From assembly GCF_058153355.1 (NCBI RefSeq), contig NZ_CM177019.1: 64,000 bases of DNA. One strand, written 5' to 3'. How positions within the stretch are numbered: position 1 is the first letter of the stretch; the number at the start of each line of letters is the position of its first letter. The notes beneath the pieces are model-generated. The model saw only the letters and a program-made list of their open reading frames with translations, was not told the origin of the DNA and made no database searches. The translations under genes and the position numbers were made by a program. Below, in pieces: positions 1 through 11,711 of the stretch.

Positions 1-116
1 AATTTATCTCTACTTACTCAGAGTACCGAACTTTACGGAAAATTCCGTAAGACCGCACCTTTTTGTGACGCCGACTACACTATTTCAATGAGATAAGAGG
101 CAAAGACAGGAAAATT

Positions 117-878
117 ATGCCCGATCAAACACAACAATTTTCGTTCAAGGTGCTCACCATCAACATTCACAAAGGCTTTACCGCGTTTAACCGACGCTTC
201 ATTTTGCCGGAACTTCGCGACGCCGTGCGTACCGTCAGCGCCGATATTGTTTGCCTGCAGGAAGTGATGGGCGCGCACGAAGTTCATCCGCTGCATGTGG
301 AAAACTGGCCCGATACCTCGCACTACGAGTTTCTCGCCGACACCATGTGGAGCGATTTCGCCTACGGTCGCAATGCCGTATACCCGGAAGGGCATCACGG
401 CAACGCGGTTCTTTCACGTTATCCCATTGAACATTATGAGAATCGCGATGTTTCGGTCGATGGTGCGGAAAAGCGCGGCGTGCTCTACTGCCGCATTGTG
501 CCGCCGATGACCGGGAAAGCGATTCATGTGATGTGCGTACATCTGGGCCTGCGTGAGGCGCACCGTCAGGCGCAGCTTGCGATGCTCGCCGAATGGGTCA
601 ATGAGCTGCCGGACGGCGAACCGGTATTAGTGGCGGGTGATTTCAACGACTGGCGGCAAAAAGCTAATCATCCGTTAAAAATGCAGGCCGGGCTGGATGA
701 GATATTTACCCGCGCCCACGGACGCCCGGCGCGCACGTTTCCGGTGCAATTTCCTCTACTACGTCTGGACAGGATCTATGTCAAAAATGCCAGCGCCAGC
801 GCGCCAACCGCGTTGCCGCTGCGGACATGGCGACACCTTTCTGATCATGCCCCTTTAAGTGCGGAGATTCATTTATGA
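117..878 (+). CDS. ybhP: Endonuclease/exonuclease/phosphatase family protein
   Basis: 253 aa ORF; length and position upstream of clsB match the K-12 ybhP-clsB-ybhN operon; overlaps clsB start by 4 nt. Confidence 0.85.
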   Translation: MPDQTQQFSFKVLTINIHKGFTAFNRRFILPELRDAVRTVSADIVCLQEVMGAHEVHPLHVENWPDTSHYEFLADTMWSDFAYGRNAVYPEGHHGNAVLSRYPIEHYENRDVSVDGAEKRGVLYCRIVPPMTGKAIHVMCVHLGLREAHRQAQLAMLAEWVNELPDGEPVLVAGDFNDWRQKANHPLKMQAGLDEIFTRAHGRPARTFPVQFPLLRLDRIYVKNASASAPTALPLRTWRHLSDHAPLSAEIHL

Positions 879-2116
879 AATGTAGCTGGCGCGAAGGCAA
901 TAAGATCCAGTTGCTGGAAAACGGCGAGCAATATTATCCCGCGGTGTTTAAGGCGATTGGCGAGGCACAAGAACGCATCATTCTTGAAACGTTTATCTGG
1001 TTTGAGGATGACGTCGGCAAACAGCTGCATGCGGTACTACTGGCAGCAGCGCAACGCGGGGTAAAAGCGGAAGTCTTGCTGGATGGCTACGGTTCGCCGG
1101 ATCTCAGCGATGATTTTGTCAATGAACTGACGGCAGCTGGCGTGGTGTTCCGCTACTACGATCCCCGCCCTCGCCTTTTTGGTATGCGCACCAATGTGTT
1201 TCGCCGGATGCATCGCAAAATTGTGGTGATCGACGCACGTATCGCCTTTATTGGTGGGCTGAATTACTCCGCCGAGCATATGTCCAGCTACGGTCCAGAG
1301 GCTAAACAGGATTACGCAGTGCGCCTTGAAGGGCCGATTGTCGAAGATATTCTCCAGTTTGAACTGGAAAACCTGCCAGGACACAGCGCAGCACGACGCT
1401 GGTGGCGACGTCATCACAAAGCGGAAGAAAACCGCCAGCCGGGAGAAGCGCAGGTATTATTGGTTTGGCGCGATAACGAAGAACATCGTGATGATATCGA
1501 ACGCCACTATCTGAAAATGCTCACTCAGGCGCGTCGGGAAGTGATTATCGCCAACGCCTACTTCTTTCCTGGCTATCGATTTTTGCACGCCTTACGCAAA
1601 GCGGCACGGCGCGGGGTGCGGATCAAGCTGATCATTCAGGGCGAACCGGATATGCCCATTGTCAGAGTCGGCGCGCGTTTACTGTACAACTATCTGGTTA
1701 AAGGCGGCGTTCAGGTTTTTGAGTACCGCCGCCGCCCGCTCCACGGCAAAGTAGCATTGATGGACGATCACTGGGCGACAGTAGGGTCCAGTAATCTCGA
1801 TCCGCTCAGTTTGTCGCTAAATCTCGAAGCAAACGTCATCATTCACGATCGTCATTTTAACCAGACGCTACGCGATAATCTGAACGGCATCATCGCCGCC
1901 GACTGTCAACAAGTGGATGAATCCATGCTGCCGAAACGCACCTGGTGGAACCTGACCAAAAGCGTGCTGGCATTCCATTTTTTGCGCCACTTCCCGGCGC
2001 TAGTGGGCTGGCTTCCGGCGCACACGCCGCGTCTGGCGCAAGTTGATCCCCCCGCACAACCGACAATGGAAACTCAGGATCGGATAGAAACTGAAAATAC
2101 GGGGGTAAAACCCTGA
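875..2116 (+). CDS. clsB: Cardiolipin synthase B (phospholipase D family)
   Basis: 413 aa; two HxK(x4)D-type motifs visible ([17 protein letters not shown]); synteny. Confidence 0.9.
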   Translation: MKCSWREGNKIQLLENGEQYYPAVFKAIGEAQERIILETFIWFEDDVGKQLHAVLLAAAQRGVKAEVLLDGYGSPDLSDDFVNELTAAGVVFRYYDPRPRLFGMRTNVFRRMHRKIVVIDARIAFIGGLNYSAEHMSSYGPEAKQDYAVRLEGPIVEDILQFELENLPGHSAARRWWRRHHKAEENRQPGEAQVLLVWRDNEEHRDDIERHYLKMLTQARREVIIANAYFFPGYRFLHALRKAARRGVRIKLIIQGEPDMPIVRVGARLLYNYLVKGGVQVFEYRRRPLHGKVALMDDHWATVGSSNLDPLSLSLNLEANVIIHDRHFNQTLRDNLNGIIAADCQQVDESMLPKRTWWNLTKSVLAFHFLRHFPALVGWLPAHTPRLAQVDPPAQPTMETQDRIETENTGVKP

Positions 2117-3072
2117 TGAGTAAATCACGCCCGCGCTGGCGCTTAGCAAAGAAGATCCTCACCTGGCTGTTTTTTATCGCAGTGATTGTGTTGCTGGTGA
2201 TCTACGCCAAAAAGGTAGACTGGGAAGAGGTCTGGAAGGTTATCCGCGATTACAATCGCGTTGCGTTGCTCAGTGCGATTGGGCTGGTGGTCGTCAGCTA
2301 TCTGATATATGGCTGCTACGACCTGCTCGCCCGTTTCTACTGCGGTCACAAACTGGCGAAGCGCCAGGTGATGCTGGTGTCGTTTATCTGCTACGCCTTC
2401 AATCTGACGCTCAGTACCTGGGTCGGCGGCATTGGTATGCGCTATCGTTTGTACTCCCGGCTAGGGTTACCGGGCAGCACTATTACGCGGATTTTCTCGC
2501 TCAGTATTACCACCAACTGGCTGGGCTATATTTTGCTGGCCGGGATTATCTTTACCGCAGGCGTGGTGGAGCTGCCGGATCACTGGTATGTCGATCAAAC
2601 TACGCTGCGTATTCTCGGCATTGGCTTACTGCTGATTATCGCGGTTTATTTGTGGTTTTGCGCTTTCGCGAAGCACCGCCATATGACCATCAAAGGGCAA
2701 AAGCTGGTGCTGCCTTCATGGAAATTCGCCCTCGCCCAGATGCTGATTTCCAGCGTTAACTGGATGGTAATGGGAGCGATTATCTGGCTGTTGCTGGGTC
2801 AAAACGTGAACTATTTCTTTGTACTGGGCGTATTACTGGTAAGCAGTATTGCCGGGGTAATTGTGCATATTCCGGCGGGAATTGGTGTACTGGAAGCGGT
2901 GTTTATCGCGCTACTGGCTGGGGAGCATACCTCCAAAGGCACAATTATCGCCGCCCTGCTCGCTTACCGTGTGCTGTATTACTTTATCCCGCTGCTGCTG
3001 GCGCTGATCTGTTACCTGTTGCTGGAAAGCCAGGCGAAGAAGCTACGAGCGAAAAATGAAGCGGTAATGTGA
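2116..3072 (+). CDS. ybhN: Inner membrane protein YbhN (UPF0104 family)
   Basis: 318 aa, multiple hydrophobic segments; start overlaps clsB stop; synteny. Confidence 0.85.
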   Translation: MSKSRPRWRLAKKILTWLFFIAVIVLLVIYAKKVDWEEVWKVIRDYNRVALLSAIGLVVVSYLIYGCYDLLARFYCGHKLAKRQVMLVSFICYAFNLTLSTWVGGIGMRYRLYSRLGLPGSTITRIFSLSITTNWLGYILLAGIIFTAGVVELPDHWYVDQTTLRILGIGLLLIIAVYLWFCAFAKHRHMTIKGQKLVLPSWKFALAQMLISSVNWMVMGAIIWLLLGQNVNYFFVLGVLLVSSIAGVIVHIPAGIGVLEAVFIALLAGEHTSKGTIIAALLAYRVLYYFIPLLLALICYLLLESQAKKLRAKNEAVM

Positions 3073-3075
3073 AGT

Positions 3076-3339
3076 TCAGTTAAGTTCTTTTGGTTTAAGT
3101 TCGGGATGCTGTTTATAGATGGGGTTCATGATATCGATTAACATGCGCCCCATAATTTCCCCGACGGCGGAACGATAAATATTAAGCTCAGATTCATCGC
3201 AAGCTTGCTGAACATATAATACTGACGCATCTAATTGAGCACCAATATTGAGCATTAATGCGCTGATATCTGCTGCCAGAGTCTTATCTTTGAACATTTT
3301 ATAAACCTTTTCAATTTCTAAACATAAAAGATACTGCAT
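3076..3339 (-). CDS. Hypothetical protein, 87 aa (AT-rich; may be the 3' part of a frameshifted gene with 3311..3679)
   Basis: ORF overlapping the end of the 122-aa ORF by 29 nt in another frame. Confidence 0.35.
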   Translation of the reverse strand: MQYLLCLEIEKVYKMFKDKTLAADISALMLNIGAQLDASVLYVQQACDESELNIYRSAVGEIMGRMLIDIMNPIYKQHPELKPKELN

Positions 3340-3679
3340 GTTCCATTTTATTACCTACGGGATAATTATCTTTTATTGCATATGTAAAATCACTTGTTTT
3401 GGTTATTAAGTTTTTTATAGCATCATCAAGATACTCAGGAACTAATGATTCAATATTTTCAAGATCACAACCAAGATCAATTATCTCTATTAGCTCTTTA
3501 TCACAATCATTTTTGTGTAAAAGCCTGGAAATAAAAGGTCTGAAAACTAGTAGTTCAGATTCATCTATAGTTATCGTGCCTTCTTTCAAGGAATGTAACA
3601 CTCCTGAAAGCAGTATAGCCATAAATTTATCCATATATTTATTATCGATGGTACAAACTAACTGCATGATATTCTCCAC
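3311..3679 (-). CDS. Hypothetical acidic protein, 122 aa (AT-rich, likely accessory)
   Basis: ORF in AT-rich segment between ybhN and the ybhM-like gene; no recognisable motif. Confidence 0.4.
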   Translation of the reverse strand: MENIMQLVCTIDNKYMDKFMAILLSGVLHSLKEGTITIDESELLVFRPFISRLLHKNDCDKELIEIIDLGCDLENIESLVPEYLDDAIKNLITKTSDFTYAIKDNYPVGNKMEHAVSFMFRN

Positions 3680-3725
3680 TATTGTATTTCAGATACTACA
3701 TTTCTAAACGTAAGTCGAAAGTGCG

Positions 3726-4439
3726 TTAAATATGAAACCGCGTATGCCTTTGCCAGACAAGCGTTATCGCTATTGCTGCAAGAATCCCAAAGAAGCTGAT
3801 AAAATAGTAATAGAGTGTTAATGCACCTGTAACAGCGCAACGAACCGGACTCCACAACTCTTCGCTATGGCATTTTCCTGCCAGTTCAAGGAGCTTATTT
3901 CGTCCATGCGAGATAATGCCTGACCATAAGACAATCATTAAGCAACTTATTACCCAAACAGGCCGTTCACTCATTAATGCGGTATTTACGCTGATCACCA
4001 GAGTCAACCCTGTCAACGTCATCATAATGATGAAACGGTGAGAACCAGGATCAACATTAAATAATAAACCGGCCTGCATACTGATTAAAAACATCGCGCC
4101 CGCAGTGCTGAACACAAGGATAATGGCAGATACAGGAACTAAACTAGCAACGACAATCGCCACCAAAGAGATTAAAAACAGATACATTACGCCTGCGATG
4201 GCGGCATTTATCTTGTTGATATCCTTACTTAAACCATACATACAAAGTAATAATAATCCTATGGCGACATACATTTGCGGTGAATCATATTTTGTTGCCG
4301 TAATTTCGAGATGCTTAGCTCCCCAGGCCAGTCCTGCGGTTGCCACCAAACCGACAGCGGTAATGAGCCATATGCCGTTTAATATCCTGGCCTCGTACTG
4401 AAAATCATTAGTTATGTTTTTTGATGAGTACGATTTCAT
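3726..4439 (-). CDS. ybhM: BAX inhibitor-1/YccA-like inner membrane protein
   Basis: 237 aa, polytopic membrane protein; length matches K-12 YbhM; position between ybhN and ybhL. Confidence 0.7.
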   Translation of the reverse strand: MKSYSSKNITNDFQYEARILNGIWLITAVGLVATAGLAWGAKHLEITATKYDSPQMYVAIGLLLLCMYGLSKDINKINAAIAGVMYLFLISLVAIVVASLVPVSAIILVFSTAGAMFLISMQAGLLFNVDPGSHRFIIMMTLTGLTLVISVNTALMSERPVWVISCLMIVLWSGIISHGRNKLLELAGKCHSEELWSPVRCAVTGALTLYYYFISFFGILAAIAITLVWQRHTRFHI

Positions 4440-4507
4440 TATTTTTATATCCTTAAGTTGAATATCAATATCTATTGCAATTAACGCAAAAAACTCATCA
4501 ATTCACG

Positions 4508-5248
4508 CTACCACACTAAACCATTAATAAAGTCAAGAACCGTTACAGCAAGTCTAAAAAGGACGCTTAGGATACAGAAATAGAGTGTTATTGCCCCTGC
4601 AACAATACAGCGAAGAACACCTGAAAATTCAGAGTTGTCGGCAACACGGATCAAATCTTCCAGTGTTGTTGCTTCACAGGCAGCCGTAACGCCCCAGATA
4701 ACGACAGTCAAAATACTCGCTAACCATACGGAAAAACTGCTGGTAAGAATCAGGTTAACAACAAAAGCAATACTCAAACCACAGAAGATATATAAACATA
4801 ACTGTCTAACTGGTGGGATAGCCCTATTAATACAACAGCAAATCAGCGCCATTGTGGCAAACATCCCTCCCGTAATTCCCATTACCGTCACTATGCTTGA
4901 AAAGGTAAAAAGTCTGGAGAAGAGAAAGCCATTAAGTAGGATTATTAGCAGATAGACCAGACATGCGCCTGATACCTCGAGCCTTTTCAGGGCATCGTTT
5001 AACCAGAAACCAATTATTATCAGCGCAGATAAAGCGAAGACAAACGCGCCTGGAGATTCTAGTGAAGCAACCCAATGCAAGTGCTGAAATATCCAGGCAC
5101 AGCCTGCCGTAGCCCATACTCCAGCAGCTGTTAACCACCAAATGAGGAACAGCATTTTGCTGAGCGAAGCGCTTTTTTGCTGTAATTGAGTAGCAGTGGA
5201 TCGTCTGTTCAAATGCGTTATCTGCCCCTGAAATTGCGTAGTGGACAT
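4508..5248 (-). CDS. BAX inhibitor-1-like membrane protein, additional paralogue
   Basis: 246 aa; same hydrophobic architecture and similar C-terminal region to the adjacent 237-aa protein; lower GC than flanking core genes. Confidence 0.6.
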   Translation of the reverse strand: MSTTQFQGQITHLNRRSTATQLQQKSASLSKMLFLIWWLTAAGVWATAGCAWIFQHLHWVASLESPGAFVFALSALIIIGFWLNDALKRLEVSGACLVYLLIILLNGFLFSRLFTFSSIVTVMGITGGMFATMALICCCINRAIPPVRQLCLYIFCGLSIAFVVNLILTSSFSVWLASILTVVIWGVTAACEATTLEDLIRVADNSEFSGVLRCIVAGAITLYFCILSVLFRLAVTVLDFINGLVW

Positions 5249-5357
5249 AGTCTGGCATTTGCGGCGATTCAGTTCTCATGTAAATGAGCGGAATAGTCTT
5301 TATAAAATCCGAAAAAAAATCCCGACACATGGCCGGGATATTGATGGTGAAAAAGAA

Positions 5358-6062
5358 TTAACGGCGGTTGCCGAAGATCCTCAACAACATCAGGAACAGG
5401 TTGATGAAGTCCAGATATAAGGTTAACGCGCCAAGAATGGAATATTTGCGCAGGTTTGACGTGTCGCGGGTATCAATCTGCTCACCCATATTTTTCAATT
5501 TCTGAGTGTCATATGCCGTCAATCCGACAAAGACAATCACGCCGATGTAGGTGACTGCCCACATCAATGCTTCGCTTTTCAGCCAGAAGTTGACCAGCGA
5601 TGCCAGCACAATGCCGATTAACGCCATAAACAGCATATTGCCAAAGCCGCTTAGATCACGTTTGGTGGTGTAACCGTACAGGCTCATTGCGCCGAACATC
5701 CCGGCAGTAACGACGAAAGTACTGGCAATCGAGGCGGCGGTATAGACAATGAAAATACTGGAAAGCGTAAGACCCGTCAGCGCCGAATAAAGCATAAAGA
5801 GCATCGTCGTTACACCTGCGCTCAACTTTTGAATCATCGCTGATAACACAATAACCAATGCTAATTGCGCGATGATCAGACCGATTAAAAAGACACGGTT
5901 AGTGAACAACAGCTCCATCACGGCCGCGGAATTAGCCGCATACCAGGCAACAAATGCTGTCAGCAACAAGCCAACGGTCATCCAGCCATAGACTTGCGCC
6001 ATATAAGTTTGCAAGCCAGCCCGGGGTTGTACAATTGAATCAGAACGTGGGAATCTGTCCAT
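5358..6062 (-). CDS. ybhL: BAX inhibitor-1 family inner membrane protein
   Basis: 234 aa; synteny next to moaE. Confidence 0.85.
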   Translation of the reverse strand: MDRFPRSDSIVQPRAGLQTYMAQVYGWMTVGLLLTAFVAWYAANSAAVMELLFTNRVFLIGLIIAQLALVIVLSAMIQKLSAGVTTMLFMLYSALTGLTLSSIFIVYTAASIASTFVVTAGMFGAMSLYGYTTKRDLSGFGNMLFMALIGIVLASLVNFWLKSEALMWAVTYIGVIVFVGLTAYDTQKLKNMGEQIDTRDTSNLRKYSILGALTLYLDFINLFLMLLRIFGNRR

Positions 6063-6197
6063 GACGATCTCCTGAAGATATAAGGAATATCTTAAGGATA
6101 CTGCAAATGATGAGGCTGTGCATCGACGCAGCGTAAACGCATATACTGAGCGGTGAAATTGCCGGACGCAGCGGTGCCTTATCCGGCTAACAAAAAA

Positions 6198-6650
6198 CTA
6201 CCAGCGTTTTGCTGCCTGCTGATCGCTCTCCCGGGCTTCAACCCAGCGGTCGCCTTCCGGCGTGGCTTCGCGCTTCCAGAACGGTGCGCGGGTTTTGAGA
6301 TAGTCCATAATAAACTGCCCGGCTTCAAACGCACTGCTGCGATGCGCACTGGTGACACCGACAAAAACGATTTCATCGCCCGGCCATAATTCCCCGATGC
6401 GGTGAATCACAGTGACGCGCCCCAGCGGCCAGCGGTTACGCGCTTCATCGACAATTTCTGCCAGTGCTTTTTCAGTCATCCCCGGATAGTGTTCGAGGGT
6501 TAATGCTTTGACGCTGTCGCCCAGGTTATGGTTGCGCACCTTACCGGTAAAGGTGACTACCGCACCGTCTTCGTCACGCTCAGCCAGCCACGGGTACTCT
6601 TCTCCTACACTGAACGGCTGCGGGCCGACAACAATTTTGGTTTCTGCCAT
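6198..6650 (-). CDS. moaE: Molybdopterin synthase catalytic subunit
   Basis: 150 aa, last gene of moaABCDE; recognised sequence. Confidence 0.9.
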   Translation of the reverse strand: MAETKIVVGPQPFSVGEEYPWLAERDEDGAVVTFTGKVRNHNLGDSVKALTLEHYPGMTEKALAEIVDEARNRWPLGRVTVIHRIGELWPGDEIVFVGVTSAHRSSAFEAGQFIMDYLKTRAPFWKREATPEGDRWVEARESDQQAAKRW

Positions 6651-6651
6651 T

Positions 6652-6897
6652 TTAACCTCCGGTCACCGGCGGGAAGAAAGCCACTTCGTCGCCGTCAGTC
6701 AGCGGATGGTCAAAACTCACCAGCGTCTGGTTGACGGCAGCCAGCAATTTGCCATCTTCCAGCGCCAGCGCCCAGCGATCGCTCTGCGCAGCCAGATGTT
6801 GGCGTAACGCTTCAACGGTTGGGAAATCCGCAGCCACTTCGCTTGCATCTGTTCCCACCAACTCGCGCACCTGGGCGAAAAAAAGAACTTTAATCAT
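6652..6897 (-). CDS. moaD: Molybdopterin synthase sulfur-carrier subunit
   Basis: 81 aa from MIKVLFFAQ... ending in GG (ubiquitin-like carrier); ORF-track start is an upstream in-frame extension. Confidence 0.85.
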   Translation of the reverse strand: MIKVLFFAQVRELVGTDASEVAADFPTVEALRQHLAAQSDRWALALEDGKLLAAVNQTLVSFDHPLTDGDEVAFFPPVTGG

Positions 6898-7375
6898 CCG
6901 CTTCCACCTTAAAGTCACCTGACTTGCCGCCGCTCTTCGCCAGCAAACGTACCGGACCAATTACCATATCTTTTTGCACCGCTTTGCACATGTCATAAAT
7001 GGTCAGCGCCGCCACCGAGGCCGCGGTTAACGCTTCCATTTCAACGCCGGTTTTCCCGGTCAGGCGGCATAAGGTTTCTATACGCACCCGATTGTGCTCC
7101 GGCTCGGCCTGCAAATTGACTTCAACTTTACTGAGCATCAGCGGATGACAAAGCGGGATCAAATCCCATGTGCGTTTTGCTGCCTGAATACCGGCAATAC
7201 GCGCAGTGGCAAATACGTCGCCTTTGTGGTGGCGACCATCAATGATCATCGCCAGCGTCTCGCTGCGCATGGTGACAAAGGCTTCGGCGCGCGCTTCACG
7301 CACGGTTTCCGCTTTGGCGGAAACATCCACCATGTGCGCTTCGCCAGCGGCGTTGATATGAGTCAGTTGCAACAT
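6890..7375 (-). CDS. moaC: Cyclic pyranopterin monophosphate synthase
   Basis: 161 aa; recognised MoaC sequence. Confidence 0.9.
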   Translation of the reverse strand: MLQLTHINAAGEAHMVDVSAKAETVREARAEAFVTMRSETLAMIIDGRHHKGDVFATARIAGIQAAKRTWDLIPLCHPLMLSKVEVNLQAEPEHNRVRIETLCRLTGKTGVEMEALTAASVAALTIYDMCKAVQKDMVIGPVRLLAKSGGKSGDFKVEADD

Positions 7376-7377
7376 AC

Positions 7378-7890
7378 TTATTTCTTCAAATGTGGATGGA
7401 AATTACACGGACGCGTACGGGCATCCAGCTGCGGTGCGATGATATTTTCCCAGGCGGTACGGCACGCTTTGGTCGAACCCGGCATGGCGAAAATCAGCGT
7501 TTTGTTAGCGACGCCCGCTACCGCACGAGATTGCAACGTTGAGGTGCCAATCTCTTCGAACGACAACATACGGAACACTTCACCAAAACCTTCAACTTCA
7601 CGGTCGAACAGCGGCAGCAGTGCTTCAGGTGCCTGATCGCCTTCGGTCAGACCAGTACCACCCGTAATCAACACCACTTGTACATCGTCGCTGGCGATCC
7701 ACGCAGATACCTGAGCGCGAATGGCATAGCGGTTTTCTTTCACAATGGCTTTATCGACAACGTGATGGCCCGCGTCCTGCGCCGAGTCGCGCAGATAGTG
7801 ACCGGAGGTATCGTCTTCTTCACCGCGACGATTAGAAACCGTAAGAATAGCAATACGGGTCGGGATAAATTCAGTGCTTACCTGACTCAT
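7378..7890 (-). CDS. moaB: Molybdenum cofactor biosynthesis protein B
   Basis: 170 aa MogA/MoaB fold protein; synteny. Confidence 0.9.
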   Translation of the reverse strand: MSQVSTEFIPTRIAILTVSNRRGEEDDTSGHYLRDSAQDAGHHVVDKAIVKENRYAIRAQVSAWIASDDVQVVLITGGTGLTEGDQAPEALLPLFDREVEGFGEVFRMLSFEEIGTSTLQSRAVAGVANKTLIFAMPGSTKACRTAWENIIAPQLDARTRPCNFHPHLKK

Positions 7891-7911
7891 CTGATCTCTC
7901 CTTTTGACGTT

Positions 7912-8901
7912 TTAGCCGCCAATGTACGATAAGTTTTGCGTAATACCGGTGTTGTTTTGATGCAGGAAATGGGTCTGTTTCTTCTCCCGCAGCGCCGCTG
8001 AAATACGCGCTTCCAGCGCCTGTTGCTGGGTATCGTCTTCCAGCAGATCGCGCAGGTTAACGCCGCCTTCACCGAACAGGCAGAGATGGAGTTTACCAAT
8101 GGAGGAGACGCGCAGGCGGTTGCAAGTGGCGCAGAAGTCTTTTTCATACGGCATGATAAGGCCAATCTCTCCGGCGTAATCCGGATGACAAAAGACTTGC
8201 GCGGGACCGTCGCTGCGTTGACGTAATTGGTGGATCCAGCCGCGACGCAGTAACTCGTCACGCAGAACCTGACCAGAGATGTGATGCTTACGGAAGAGCT
8301 CGCTGCCCTCGCCCGTTTCCATCAGTTCGATGAAACGCAGCTGGATGGGGCGATGCTGGATCCAGTTCAGAAAGGTGTCGAGTTGGTGATGATTAACATC
8401 ACGCATCAGCACGGTATTGACTTTGACCTTCTCAAAACCGGCCTCAAATGCAGCATCGATCCCTGCCATGACCTGATTGAATTTATCCTGTCCGGTAATA
8501 GCATGAAACTGGCGAGCGTCGAGGCTATCGACACTCACGTTGATACCAGTAAGACCAGCATCACGCCAGTTCGCTACATCTCGTTCCAGACGGTAACCAT
8601 TGGTGGTGACCGCAATCTGGCGGATAGCGTCGTTTTCTCGCACAGCGGCGATGATATCGGTAAAGTCGCGACGCAAAGACGGCTCTCCGCCCGTCAGACG
8701 GACTTTTTCGGTGCCCAGACTGGCGAAGGCGCGCGTAACCCGGCGAATTTCATCGACGGTCAGAAAGCCTTTATTGGTGACGCCGCTCGGTTTGTAGCCA
8801 TCCGGCAGGCAGTAGGTGCAACGGAAGTTGCACACATCGGTAATCGACAGGCGCAAGTAGTAAAACTTACGCGCAAATGCATCAGTCAGTTGTGAAGCCA
8901 T
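7912..8901 (-). CDS. moaA: GTP 3',8-cyclase (radical SAM)
   Basis: 329 aa from MASQLTDAF...; CxxxCxxC radical-SAM motif (CNFRCTYC); ORF-track start at 8982 is an upstream extension. Confidence 0.9.
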
Positions 8902-9060
8902 GTACACCTTTCCAGATACGGGAGGCGAAATCATTTCTTCCTTCGCCCTGGTGGCAATCTTTGTAAGCATTGTCACGGCCAAAGCACCGTATCAGTTGAC
9001 CCAGGTGCAGAGGCTAGAGTGTTTAGTGGTTAAGCCGATACTAGCGTGTAAACAGGATTT
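8902..9060 (-). ncRNA. moaA leader, expected location of the molybdenum-cofactor (Moco) riboswitch
   Basis: Established knowledge that the E. coli moaA 5' UTR carries the Moco RNA motif; motif not verified base by base here. Confidence 0.45.
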
Positions 9061-9237
9061 TTACCATCCACACTTTCGCTATGTAATCATATATATAGCG
9101 TCATGATCGTGCTATTTCGCTACAGAATAAGGGAAAATAGCGGTTTTACTTTGATATACATCATCACGGATGCATAGCGTACATCGTCCTTTAGAGGTAG
9201 AAGAAAATAGTTTGTATCCTCAATATTGGCAGGTTAA

Positions 9238-10206
<969 letters not shown>

Positions 10207-10236
10207 GCGCCTGTGCCGGGGCAGAAAAATACGACT

Positions 10237-10284
10237 GTGACTATGGCGTTTTAAATTATAGAAGGCCATAGTCACCTTTTTTTG
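10237..10284 (+). terminator. Rho-independent terminator after ybhK
   Basis: Inverted repeat gtgactatggc / gccatagtcac followed by a T-run. Confidence 0.6.
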
Positions 10285-10380
10285 GCACAACCCCATTGTT
10301 AGCAGCTCATTTATCTTTCCACTTTCTGGAATTTAGTTTTGCTTCTTGATGTTTCTTGTGCCATGACTATTCTAATAATG

Positions 10381-11598
10381 TTATAATCCCCATGCTTTGG
10401 GAGCCACCGAATCTAAATATTTATCAATATGATGAGAACGAGTATAATCTGCTATATTTTTTGATAAAATGGCCGTGCAATTTAAACCAGAGCCTAATCC
10501 CAGTAGTACCGTTAACCAGTTATCCAGAGCTTCAGATTCAACAATCGAGTTTTCCAGTTCATATGCTTTTAGTAAAAGAGCAGCAGAGTAAATTCTGAGG
10601 ATTTGCGGAGAATTGTATTCCGTTCCTAAACTTGAAGCTGAAGAATATCTTGCGAACACGACAGCAAAACTTATCAGAAGCATTGCTTGTTCCGTTTTAT
10701 TTGCATTTTCCATTCTGCAAGCCTTCATTAAATCTTTATAATGGTTTCCCTTAATATTTAAACAAGACTTATACTTCAATAGTTCGCTAACATTCTTTTT
10801 TTGTTTTATCTTTTTATTTTTACTTAACATTTCGTAACCCGCACCTTCAATAGATTGCGCCTGCAATGAGTAATTATCTATGAGTTTCATAAGAGGCGCA
10901 AAAATTTCATTTAATTTTATTTGCTCATCAATACCATCCATTTTGGTTTGAGAACAAAAACTTTGTGATGCAGTGACAAATGGTTCGTATAGATCACCAA
11001 GCTGAAGGATTTTGAGATAATTTTTTAATAAAATATTATTTTGTGACCGTTTCCATGGGTAGGAAAACACTGGGAATTCGGTCATCAATACGGTATTAAG
11101 ATTAATATCTGCAAGCGAGCACACTTGTTCTGGTGCTGCATATAGATAAAAATGGTCCCAGTCCTTATTTTTAATAGTGGTATCCAACATTTTATTTAAG
11201 GCATTAGATGAAAGACGCATTGCACGATTATTTTGCTGTGCTGAAAACAATACGTACCAAGCATCATCATGATCTTGTCGTTTACGCCATTCAGAGAAGT
11301 CTGGATAATCATTTCCTTCAGTATAAGGTTTAACATCCTTATGTTGTAAATATGTTTTATAAATATTATATGCTTTTTCTGCCAATATATTATTTTTACT
11401 TTTTAGTGCCAGGTCAGTCATCATTACATATGCAGTACTAAATGATAACATTAATGTAGGTTGTTCTGTAAAGCGATCTAAATAATAATTAATCCTCTCT
11501 TCACTAAGATTAAACAAAAAAGAAGAAGAGATACAGCAATCAACTGTAATTAATGACAAAATAAAGTTATCAAATATATTTATATCATCATTTTGCAA
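10381..11598 (-). CDS. Hypothetical protein, 405 aa, in AT-rich island
   Basis: Long ORF in strongly AT-rich DNA absent from the K-12 ybhK-uvrB interval; no motif recognised. Confidence 0.55.
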   Translation of the reverse strand: MQNDDINIFDNFILSLITVDCCISSSFLFNLSEERINYYLDRFTEQPTLMLSFSTAYVMMTDLALKSKNNILAEKAYNIYKTYLQHKDVKPYTEGNDYPDFSEWRKRQDHDDAWYVLFSAQQNNRAMRLSSNALNKMLDTTIKNKDWDHFYLYAAPEQVCSLADINLNTVLMTEFPVFSYPWKRSQNNILLKNYLKILQLGDLYEPFVTASQSFCSQTKMDGIDEQIKLNEIFAPLMKLIDNYSLQAQSIEGAGYEMLSKNKKIKQKKNVSELLKYKSCLNIKGNHYKDLMKACRMENANKTEQAMLLISFAVVFARYSSASSLGTEYNSPQILRIYSAALLLKAYELENSIVESEALDNWLTVLLGLGSGLNCTAILSKNIADYTRSHHIDKYLDSVAPKAWGL

Positions 11599-11711
11599 TA
11601 TATCATTTAATCCCTCTGGTGGTCTGTTAGACGTATAGTATTTTGCTAAGCAATTAATTTCTGATACATCCTTTTTTAATTTTGCAAGGTCATAGATACA
11701 ATTTTTTGTAC

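Noticed and set aside
6153-6389. 78-aa plus-strand ORF
   Set aside because: Starts in a REP element and runs antisense into moaE.
6652-6960. 102-aa version of moaD from the ORF track
   Set aside because: Upstream in-frame extension overlapping moaC; the 81-aa form starting MIKVLFF is the recognised MoaD.
7912-8982. 356-aa version of moaA
   Set aside because: Extension into the leader region; MoaA starts at MASQLTDAF (329 aa).
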